A model generated the notes under the pieces. That model was not told the DNA's origin. It saw nothing but the letters and a program-made list of their open reading frames with translations, and searched no databases. A stretch of 64,000 bases of DNA, from NCBI GenBank assembly GCA_001002285.1, contig LCLX01000001.1, positions 128,030-192,029 on the forward strand. Reading direction: 5' to 3'. The stretch's first letter is position 1. Every line of letters starts with the position of its first letter. Of this stretch, positions 9,787 through 17,527 are shown piece after piece. Both the position numbers and the translations under genes were made by a program. This stretch comes from Microgenomates group bacterium GW2011_GWC1_46_15. Its GTDB lineage: Bacteria > Patescibacteriota > Microgenomatia > UBA1400 > UBA12028.

Positions 9787-10353
9787 TTAGAACGGATATA
9801 TCCGTAGAAATTCTTCGGCATACTCCTTGATATCAATGAATTGATCTGCGACGTCTATAAGCTCTTTTGCGATTCTATATCGAGTAGAAAATATAACAAT
9901 AGTTTTTTTGTGGCGTTTAAGATATTGACATAAATAAACAAAATCACTATCTCCGGAAAAAAGTATAAATACATCAAAATATTTTAGAAGTATTACAGCA
10001 TCAACAGCAAGCTCAACATCAAAATTTGCTTTATGGATATCATGATGACTTTTTTGATCACGAATCACTTTTATTGGTTTTGTGATAATAGTAAAACCGA
10101 TTTTGTCGAGCATTCCAAAGAAGCCTTGTTGTTTTTTAGCATGAAATGTTGGACCATAATATCTGAGCGATGTTGCTTGATTACAAGAATGAAAATATTG
10201 AGCAAACTTTTTGTAATCGACAGTTTTTCCGAATTTTTTAGCGGAATTTGCTAGATTTGCTGCGTCAACGAACACAACGCACTTACCTGTAAAAAGTAAA
10301 TTATTGTTATTGTGTGATGAATGTTTCATTATATATAATTTTCTTTCATTCAT
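9787..10353 (-). CDS. NYN-domain (LabA/DUF88, PIN-like) ribonuclease
   Basis: VFVDAANL, KANFDVELAVDA, LFSGDSDF, ELIDVADQFID; ATGA overlap with the upstream gene. Confidence 0.9.
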   Translation of the reverse strand: MNERKLYIMKHSSHNNNNLLFTGKCVVFVDAANLANSAKKFGKTVDYKKFAQYFHSCNQATSLRYYGPTFHAKKQQGFFGMLDKIGFTIITKPIKVIRDQKSHHDIHKANFDVELAVDAVILLKYFDVFILFSGDSDFVYLCQYLKRHKKTIVIFSTRYRIAKELIDVADQFIDIKEYAEEFLRIYPF

Positions 10354-12233
10354 TTTTTTGAAGGCGCAAAAATAAACTCATGTATCGTTCGGATTTCATG
10401 TTCAGCTTTATGAAAATCGTTTTCTGCTTGCCCGAGAAGTAAAAGGAATGGTTGAGGATTCGGTAGTTTTGCTTGAAGTAAAACGTGTTCTGCATGAGCA
10501 AAACAGCGAACAAGTATTCGGCAGGACTCTGGCAACACACATTCCCAAAATGCGGTGCGGAGTTTTTTTATGTTCCGCGACGCACTATATTTGAGTACAA
10601 GCGATACAACTGGCGTTATTCGCCCCTCTGTATAGTCTTGTTCCCAATCGTGAAGATCGTCATTGAGTTGTTTTGCTGTGAGGTACAAAAGAAAAAACTT
10701 TTGGATACCCGCAATGCGTTGGTGAGAATCCTGATGCGAAAGAAAAAGCGCCGCAACTGCGCACAACGCGTGACCAAGTGATTTTTTTCCTGAATGCATA
10801 AGAGGAGAAGTAATATGAAGAGCTTCTTTTACATATGCATCATCAACGGTAGCAAGTATCTTGTGACATGTTTTCCAAAAGGGATGATTTGTTGGGCAAA
10901 ATTTTGCATATATCCGCAATGCTTCCCGATAAAAAAACGGAGCGAGTGGTAAAAACTTTTCTGCCTGTTTTTGTTTATCTATTCGAGCGTCAAGAAGGGT
11001 ATACGAGATCCATCCGCACACATTTGCACAACCAAGTTCAACCAAGGTCCTATGTGAAATTTTTATTGAATTTTCCTGCGTGAGTGTTGAAAACGTAAGA
11101 AAAGGAAGTCCTGTGGCTTGCGCAGCATTTTTATCCAGTGAAAAATCATGCAAAACTTTCTTCACCTTTTTACGAAGCAAAAATGGAAGCCCTGTTATGC
11201 GTTTTTGTGTGAACGCAAACACTTCTTCTTTTATCTTCGCGTTTTGTGTTACGTCTTTTTTCTTTTGCATAGCAATCCATACAGATAATGTTTCAATACA
11301 CAATGCCAATGTTGTTGGTGGTGACCCCGCCACGCGGCAGTCTCCATGAAAGTTTGTATATATGCAAAGTTCTCCCATGCCGAGTTTTGGATATGCAGAA
11401 CAGAGCGACGTAATGCCTTTTTCTATCTTTTCTGTTTTTGAGTGAAGATAAAGAAGCGTGGTAGTTCCTAACGCTATGGTATGCGGAGTGTTTTGGTTGT
11501 TTTTCAATAATTCAAGTACAATAAACTCAACATATTTTCTTGCAGATTCAAGTTTTTCTTGTGTAGATGGTTGAGCTGAATGAAACATTCGTGCAAAAAA
11601 ATATGCGCATGGAAGCGAAGAGGGGTAGTATGGCGACGCGCACGACATTTGGAATCGCTGTGCCAAGTACTTAATCTGTTGATCCAGCGTTACTCCGAAC
11701 AACGAGAGAGCATACGCGATATTGCAGTTTACAACAGGATCAACATCGTGCCACTTTTTGTCCTTGGCAGAAACAAGCCAGGTTCTGTATGGTCCGCCAG
11801 GCTGTTGTTCCGATTGGCATAACGCGGAAGTAAATTTTGCTAGCATCTCACCGGTAATATACTGAGGATTGACGGCATGTATCGCCGCAAGCGCGCAGGC
11901 TGTATCATCCAGATCGTCAGGATATGGCCGAGTTTCTCTTTCTTTAGCGTTTCGTTGCCACCAGTTCCATGTTTTCGTTTCCTGGGTTTGGTGGCGCATG
12001 AGCCATGAGCAGATTTTTCCTCGCATGTTATCAAGTTGCGGATTATCTTTTATGAGTTGCGTGCAATGAAGGAACATAAACGCGGGAAAGATAACGGGAA
12101 GAGTATTCCGCGCATGGGGTGTCTCATTGAGTTTCCACGCATATGCATTTTTCCACGACAAAGCGTGCTGAGAAAGTAACGTTGTTATGAATCGGTCAAG
12201 AACGTACTGAATGTTTTGCGGGTCGATGATCAC
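10350..12233 (-). CDS. Fused class II terpene cyclase-like (DxDD) and class I isoprenyl-transferase-like (ComQ/IDS fold) protein
   Basis: N-half: WNWW...YPDDLDDTA, GGPYRTWL, DVDPVVNCNI, SPYYPS. C-half: degenerate first Asp-rich motif YTLLDARID, second motif QLNDDLHDWEQD...G..T. Confidence 0.7.
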   Translation of the reverse strand: MIIDPQNIQYVLDRFITTLLSQHALSWKNAYAWKLNETPHARNTLPVIFPAFMFLHCTQLIKDNPQLDNMRGKICSWLMRHQTQETKTWNWWQRNAKERETRPYPDDLDDTACALAAIHAVNPQYITGEMLAKFTSALCQSEQQPGGPYRTWLVSAKDKKWHDVDPVVNCNIAYALSLFGVTLDQQIKYLAQRFQMSCASPYYPSSLPCAYFFARMFHSAQPSTQEKLESARKYVEFIVLELLKNNQNTPHTIALGTTTLLYLHSKTEKIEKGITSLCSAYPKLGMGELCIYTNFHGDCRVAGSPPTTLALCIETLSVWIAMQKKKDVTQNAKIKEEVFAFTQKRITGLPFLLRKKVKKVLHDFSLDKNAAQATGLPFLTFSTLTQENSIKISHRTLVELGCANVCGWISYTLLDARIDKQKQAEKFLPLAPFFYREALRIYAKFCPTNHPFWKTCHKILATVDDAYVKEALHITSPLMHSGKKSLGHALCAVAALFLSHQDSHQRIAGIQKFFLLYLTAKQLNDDLHDWEQDYTEGRITPVVSLVLKYSASRNIKKLRTAFWECVLPESCRILVRCFAHAEHVLLQAKLPNPQPFLLLLGQAENDFHKAEHEIRTIHEFIFAPSKK

Positions 12234-13644
12234 TCGTATATGGAAAACTCATACGAAATGTTGTCCCCTTTCCATCTATTGTTTGAAAAGAAAGAGTTCC
12301 GTGAAACATGTTTTCTACGATATCCTTTACAGCAGCAAGACCAATACCCGTTCCTTCCTTTGGTTGTTTCGTCGTAAAAAACGGTTGAAAAATAAATGGA
12401 ACATATTTCTTTGGAATACCTCCAGCCTGATCAGTGATCTCAATCAATACGCCGCTCTTCATATTTTTCATGTGCACAGAAATAGTTTGAGGTATAGAAT
12501 GTTTTTTTGGAGACGGATATGCTTCGATTGCATTCAACACTATATTCGAGATACATTGATGAAACTTTGCCGGGTCTCCATGCAAGATAACTAATGCGTT
12601 AAGTTCACATACATATTTGATATGCTTTTTCTGCGCCTCATAGTGGAGAAATTTACACGATTGCGTAATTTCTTTAGCCGGAGAGAACTCTTCGTCGCTC
12701 ACGTGTTTGCGAATTTGTTTTCTTGTGCTATCAATCAATGATGCAATTTCTTGAAGTCCTTCATGGACAGTTTTAACAGATTGTTTTTGCCGAGTTTCAA
12801 TCGCTGCGGCAACATATGTTAATGGGTTGGCAATATCGTGAATCAATCCTGTAGTAATTTTTCCAAGCGCGGCAAGGTTGTTCACTTCAATAAACTTTTC
12901 TTTTTGAATTCGTCGAAACTCTATATCGGCCTTATGTAAAGCACTATTTGTTTGTTCGAGCTCTTGTGTTCTTGCATGTACTTTCTGTTCCAATGAATCT
13001 CGTTCTTTTTGAAGTTCTTGTGCAGCATGCTCAATCTCTCGATTCGAAAGCCAGGTTGTAATTCCGATGACGCCTAAAATACCAGAATAGATCAGGATAT
13101 CCATGAAACTTGTGTTGCCAAGTTTCCATAATTCATACGCTTCAAGAATTTTTCTATCCTGAAGGTAAAAAATAATAGAGATGCTAACGATAGTGCTGAA
13201 AACGAGTGCGAGCGCCCACGACGTATCAAGTAAAATGCCAGCGAATGTAATCGCAAGACCGTACGAAAGAAATGACATTGGTACATTCACGCCCCACGCA
13301 ATACTGGTGTAGAGTGCAAGAAAAAACGTCATTAATACAAATGCATATCGCACATATTTTCCACCGTACGAATACGATGCGTAAAAGAAAAAGAGAAGCG
13401 CAACATCAACACTCCCGATCAGCCAAAACGGAACAGTCGCCTCAACTTGGTGCAGAAATACACGCGAGGAAAATACATAGAGTGTTGCCACGGCACTTAT
13501 AGGAATAATTCCTAGCAGTATGATGCGGAATACATACGATCTCCTCGCGTCGTCATCTTTCTGCGGTTGGAACGTACGATTACGCCCCTCCCCACGGATC
13601 CATTGTTTGAACCGAAAAAGCAGTGTCACGGATTGTTGATGCAT
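12196..13644 (-). CDS. Membrane sensor histidine kinase (HisKA + HATPase_c)
   Basis: About 5-6 TM helices, coiled coil, H-box LIHDIANPL, N-box NIVLNAIEA, DQAGGIP, IFQPFFTTK, GTGIGL; start uncertain because it overlaps the peptide ORF. Confidence 0.92.
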   Translation of the reverse strand: MHQQSVTLLFRFKQWIRGEGRNRTFQPQKDDDARRSYVFRIILLGIIPISAVATLYVFSSRVFLHQVEATVPFWLIGSVDVALLFFFYASYSYGGKYVRYAFVLMTFFLALYTSIAWGVNVPMSFLSYGLAITFAGILLDTSWALALVFSTIVSISIIFYLQDRKILEAYELWKLGNTSFMDILIYSGILGVIGITTWLSNREIEHAAQELQKERDSLEQKVHARTQELEQTNSALHKADIEFRRIQKEKFIEVNNLAALGKITTGLIHDIANPLTYVAAAIETRQKQSVKTVHEGLQEIASLIDSTRKQIRKHVSDEEFSPAKEITQSCKFLHYEAQKKHIKYVCELNALVILHGDPAKFHQCISNIVLNAIEAYPSPKKHSIPQTISVHMKNMKSGVLIEITDQAGGIPKKYVPFIFQPFFTTKQPKEGTGIGLAAVKDIVENMFHGTLSFQTIDGKGTTFRMSFPYTSDHRPAKHSVRS

Positions 13645-13690
13645 CTCGAAGCTCTTTTTTTGTTAATAATTCTTTGATGAGTTTTGCCAT
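13580..13690 (-). CDS. 36-aa putative signalling/RiPP precursor peptide MAKLIKELLTKKELRDASTIRDTAFSVQTMDPWGGA
   Basis: Manual translation; GAAAGGAGGTGAAACA directly before ATG; single Trp 4th from the C-terminus; below the ORF-track size cutoff. Confidence 0.8.
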   Translation of the reverse strand: MAKLIKELLTKKELRDASTIRDTAFSVQTMDPWGGA

Positions 13691-13745
13691 TGTTTCACCT
13701 CCTTTCTATGTGGAAGTGTACGCAATGAACATGAACTCATCCTGA
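13691..13745 (-). promoter_or_regulatory. Strong SD and putative activator-dependent promoter of the peptide gene
   Basis: AAAGGAGGTGA SD; TACACT -10 at 13720..13715; no good -35; GTTCAT-GTTCAT repeat upstream. Confidence 0.45.
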
Positions 13746-14411
13746 TTTTTTTAACACAAATCCAACGCCTTTTTTTGTTTCGATGGTGACACAACTTTTT
13801 GCACGCACTAATATTTTCCGTATGGTTTTTATATGCGTGTCTATAGCATTATCACTAACTTCAGCGTTCATGTCCCAAGCACATTCGATAAGTTGTGTTT
13901 TTGAAATGAGACGTTCAGCGTGGTCAATCAAACATTCAAGCAACATATAGTCTTTCTTTTGAAGAGGAAGGGGGGAGTTGTTGCAAAGAATATTCATTTG
14001 TGTCGGATGTATCGTAAGGTCGGCAAAAGCTTGCGGAGTTTCACTTTGTCTATGCTCTTTTCTTCTTAACAACGCTCGAAGGCGCGCGCGTAGTTCATCA
14101 ACAGAAAATGGTTTTGTCATGTAGTCGTCTGCTCCACTATCGAGTGCTGAAATTTTCTGAAACACTTCACCATTAGCGGTCAACATAAGAATAGGTGTTT
14201 TTATTGCACGCAAACGCAACTCTTTTGCAAACGAAATGCCATCACCATCAGGAAGTGAAATATCAAGAATAAGGACATCATATGTGTTTGCTTCGGCAGC
14301 AAGTTCTGCCGTAGCGATAGATCCGCACACATCAATCACATACTGTTTTTTTAATTGATGGGACAGCGTTTGTGCAAGCCGTTGGTCATCCTCAACAAAC
14401 AAGAGTCGCAT
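13737..14411 (-). CDS. OmpR/PhoB-family response regulator
   Basis: MRLLFVEDD, LILDISLPDGDG, LMLTA, GADDYMTKPF, winged-helix C-terminus IETKKGVGF; TATAGT 6 nt before ATG 14411 supports this start. Confidence 0.93.
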   Translation of the reverse strand: MRLLFVEDDQRLAQTLSHQLKKQYVIDVCGSIATAELAAEANTYDVLILDISLPDGDGISFAKELRLRAIKTPILMLTANGEVFQKISALDSGADDYMTKPFSVDELRARLRALLRRKEHRQSETPQAFADLTIHPTQMNILCNNSPLPLQKKDYMLLECLIDHAERLISKTQLIECAWDMNAEVSDNAIDTHIKTIRKILVRAKSCVTIETKKGVGFVLKKSG

Positions 14412-14533
14412 CTCTCCACTATATACCCGCATGCAAGACCACTTTTGTTCGACAATCCCCGTCATATCCCGTACAATAAACGAAAAGCCCTCTTTCAGAG
14501 GACTCTCTTTGTAAACAAAAGGAGGGAAGAGCA

Positions 14534-14737
14534 ATGTTCCGCAACCTTATCGGTCCCGTACAAGCATGGTTGCTCTCGCAAGGCCAGTGCGTGGGATGCG
14601 GCATGCCACTTTCTGAGGGGTCTACCCGCAATAAAAAAGACGGCTCGGTCCTCATCACCTGCAAATGCGGGAGAACATACTTTAAGTTCGGCGAGAAAAA
14701 GTACCGCCGCGCAAAAATGAGCGAGATTTCAGAGTAA
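14534..14737 (+). CDS. Small zinc-ribbon-like protein
   Basis: AGGAGG SD; CVGCGMPL...CKCGR. Confidence 0.65.
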   Translation: MFRNLIGPVQAWLLSQGQCVGCGMPLSEGSTRNKKDGSVLITCKCGRTYFKFGEKKYRRAKMSEISE

Positions 14738-14742
14738 ACGGA

Positions 14743-15732
14743 ATGAACGGTATGCAAAAATTAGCCACACGTATTTCCATCGCGCTTTCCCCCCTTGTTT
14801 TGAGTGTCGGTGTGCTGGGGTATGGCCTATTCCGTTTTCTGTTGTTGCCTGTTGATCTCAAAAACCAAACACCCGTGCGCGTGATCATTCCCCGCGGAAA
14901 AGGCGCGTCTTGGATTGGGAATGCACTGGAAGATGCTGGACTGATTCGGTCAAAGTACGTCTTCCGGTTTGTCGTGTGGAAGCAGGGCTTAACCAAGAGC
15001 ATTCAGTCGGGGACGTACTCGCTGAGCAAAGCACAGTCACTTACCGAGATCGCACAAACCCTCACTAAAGGGACGGATGATGTGTGGGTAACGGTTGTTG
15101 AAGGGCTCCGGCGCGAAGAAGTTGCCAATGTATTTGCACACTCCATTGACACAGCGTTTGATACCAAAGAGTTTCTTACTTTGACCAAGGGGAAGGAAGG
15201 GTATTTGTTTCCCGACACGTATCTCATTCCAAAGGATGCGACGACTCAGCTAACCGCTACTCTCTTAACCAACACGTTTGCGCGCAAAGTAACGCCGGCA
15301 ATCCGCGCGGGCTGGAAAGCACAGGAGTTAAGTGAACTCGAAGCACTTACGCTTGCTTCATTGGTCCAGCGTGAGGCGCGTGACCCCGCTTCCATGAAGA
15401 TGGTGGCTGGTATTTTGTTGAAGCGTTTGCGCGCTGATTGGCCACTCCAAGTTGATGCAACGCTCCAGTACATCAAGGGGTTTGATGCAAATGAAAACAC
15501 TTGGTGGCCCACCCCGCTCGCGGTGGACAAAAAACTCAAATCACCGTACAACACGTACTTGCACGTTGGTTTGCCACCCGGTCCGATTGCTAATCCGGGC
15601 CTGGACACGATGGACGCTGTTGCTTTCCCAACCGAAAACGAGTTTTGGTACTACCTCACCGGCCGGACGGGGGAGATGCACTACGCCAAGACTATTGAAG
15701 AACATAACGCAAACATTACGAAGTACCTATAA
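14743..15732 (+). CDS. mltG: Endolytic transglycosylase MltG
   Basis: TM anchor, EGYLFPDTY, LASLVQRE, LQVDAT, SPYNTY..GLPPGPIANPG. Confidence 0.93.
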   Translation: MNGMQKLATRISIALSPLVLSVGVLGYGLFRFLLLPVDLKNQTPVRVIIPRGKGASWIGNALEDAGLIRSKYVFRFVVWKQGLTKSIQSGTYSLSKAQSLTEIAQTLTKGTDDVWVTVVEGLRREEVANVFAHSIDTAFDTKEFLTLTKGKEGYLFPDTYLIPKDATTQLTATLLTNTFARKVTPAIRAGWKAQELSELEALTLASLVQREARDPASMKMVAGILLKRLRADWPLQVDATLQYIKGFDANENTWWPTPLAVDKKLKSPYNTYLHVGLPPGPIANPGLDTMDAVAFPTENEFWYYLTGRTGEMHYAKTIEEHNANITKYL

Positions 15733-15775
15733 AATCGAGATTTTTATTCGATGCTGCTGATCTACTATTATAGGC

Positions 15776-15804
15776 TTGACAAAATCCGAAGATAACCGTA
15801 CAAT
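15776..15804 (+). promoter_or_regulatory. Sigma70 promoter of the surface-protein operon
   Basis: TTGACA-17nt-TACAAT. Confidence 0.7.
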
Positions 15805-15882
15805 TCCGCCTGATTGGTAAAACATTGCCCGAGTATGGGATATCCCGTACAACGACAATGTTTTTTATTTGAGGGGAAGTGT

Positions 15883-17514
15883 ATGGTGGGTAACTCAAGA
15901 GAGGGCAAGGTTCTTAGCGCTTTAGCTCTTGCTGCGTTGCTTGTTGCGTGCAACCGACCCGCAAGTGGAAATGCTATCCCTACAGAAATGGGTTCGCCCA
16001 CTCCATCAAGAATCCCAACAGCAACAGAAGCCCCAACTTCAACAGAATCTCCAACTCCTTTCCCAACTCTACTGGCAACAGCGACAGAATTTTTAAGAAT
16101 ACTTACAGAAACGCCAGAGCTTCGCGGATTTTTGGAATCCCGCTACGGCGTTGGTCTTGATAGTGATACACCAGATCTCGCCGCACAGTTTGCAAACGAA
16201 TTATTTTTGCTTGACGGCGAGGGTCGTGTCGTAGGAGTGAACCTGAATAGTACAACATTGGTAGAGTATGTTCGTGTCGCAGATGATGCAAGGGAACGAG
16301 GATTTGTTCCGCGTGATCAAGAGGCGGTTGTAAAAATTCTTCTGCAAAAACCAGACTGGAATGATGAATCAATAAGTATACAGGGTTTGGCTGTTGGAAC
16401 GACTTCCGAGGCTCTTATAGCGCTTGCCGAGGCAGATCCCAATACAATCCCCCCAGACGGGTCGCTTGTTTTCCAAACGGTGGGAGGACAAAGTATTCCA
16501 CTTTTTGTTGGTCCACAAGAAAACAATGATGATTCCATTACGGTGATGCATATCCATGAGAACGGCTCTGCAGATGTTACAGCGATGCAAGACGTATTCA
16601 CTGCGCTTGTGAAACAAATTGATGCAAGTTTCGATGGCGCTTCATGGTCGGATGAGCGGGTACAGCGCATGAAAGACATAGTTTTCCAGCGTTACCTCAA
16701 GATTATAGGAAAATCTCATGTGGATGAAAAAGGAAACGTCATTATTGATGAAACATGCCACGTTGACCGCACTCCATTAGAACAGATGATGAGAATGTTG
16801 TCCTCTTTATGGCCAAAACTGCGGATTGTTGGACCACTTACTGTACTGAACAATGATAACAAGAGTGGACAGGGATTTGCTGATTTAACAGATGTTTCTC
16901 TTATTCCAAGAAAAGACGCAAACGGCATTGCTGATGGATTTTTTGTAGGAAAACTTTACCTTACCCGCTTCGAAGAACTTCTTGGCGATCGCGATTTAAA
17001 CACGTTATTGGATGAAGAGATTGCCGATCTTATCATGAAGAGCCTTCGTTTTGTTGATGGAGATGTGAGCAACTATGAAAGATTGCCCTCAGGGTACTTG
17101 TCCGATGGGAAAGATGACACGGGAAAAGCAGTGAATCCAGAGTTACATCAGCGCCAAGTATGTGGACCTGACTCGATTGATCTTACGGCAACACCCACAG
17201 TAACAATGTCACCAGAAGAGGAGATTACGGTGACGTATCCTTCACCATCTGGAACTCCAAGAGCAACTGGAACGCCAACGCCGACAAGAACGCCAGAATC
17301 CACACCAACAAGCATACCTACAAATCCAAGAGAATCGACGGCTACACCAATGCCTCCAGGAACACCTGCCGCATCACCCGTTCCTGAATACACACAGTGG
17401 GCACCACAAACACCAGCAGGAGATCCTGAGAATACACCAACGCCTGGATCTGCTCCAACATCCGTTTTTGAAACATCAGTTCCAGTTCCAACCGTTACAC
17501 CAATAGCGCCGTAA
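15883..17514 (+). CDS. Putative lipoprotein with Pro/Thr-rich termini
   Basis: GAGGGG SD before ATG 15883; ALALAALLVA|C lipobox; PT-rich linkers; acidic core with no recognised family. Confidence 0.7.
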   Translation: MVGNSREGKVLSALALAALLVACNRPASGNAIPTEMGSPTPSRIPTATEAPTSTESPTPFPTLLATATEFLRILTETPELRGFLESRYGVGLDSDTPDLAAQFANELFLLDGEGRVVGVNLNSTTLVEYVRVADDARERGFVPRDQEAVVKILLQKPDWNDESISIQGLAVGTTSEALIALAEADPNTIPPDGSLVFQTVGGQSIPLFVGPQENNDDSITVMHIHENGSADVTAMQDVFTALVKQIDASFDGASWSDERVQRMKDIVFQRYLKIIGKSHVDEKGNVIIDETCHVDRTPLEQMMRMLSSLWPKLRIVGPLTVLNNDNKSGQGFADLTDVSLIPRKDANGIADGFFVGKLYLTRFEELLGDRDLNTLLDEEIADLIMKSLRFVDGDVSNYERLPSGYLSDGKDDTGKAVNPELHQRQVCGPDSIDLTATPTVTMSPEEEITVTYPSPSGTPRATGTPTPTRTPESTPTSIPTNPRESTATPMPPGTPAASPVPEYTQWAPQTPAGDPENTPTPGSAPTSVFETSVPVPTVTPIAP

Positions 17515-17527
17515 TGATAAGGAAAAT

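Noticed and set aside
8843-14411. tRNA-anchored integrative element carrying the signalling operon
   Set aside because: No integrase or transposase and no duplicated tRNA 3' end seen; the operon lies on the 5' side of the tRNAs.
14412-14757. 41-aa N-terminal extension of the response regulator and the 112-aa minus ORF
   Set aside because: The receiver domain begins at MRLLFVEDD (14411) with a -10 box 6 nt upstream; the extension would cover the divergent promoter region.
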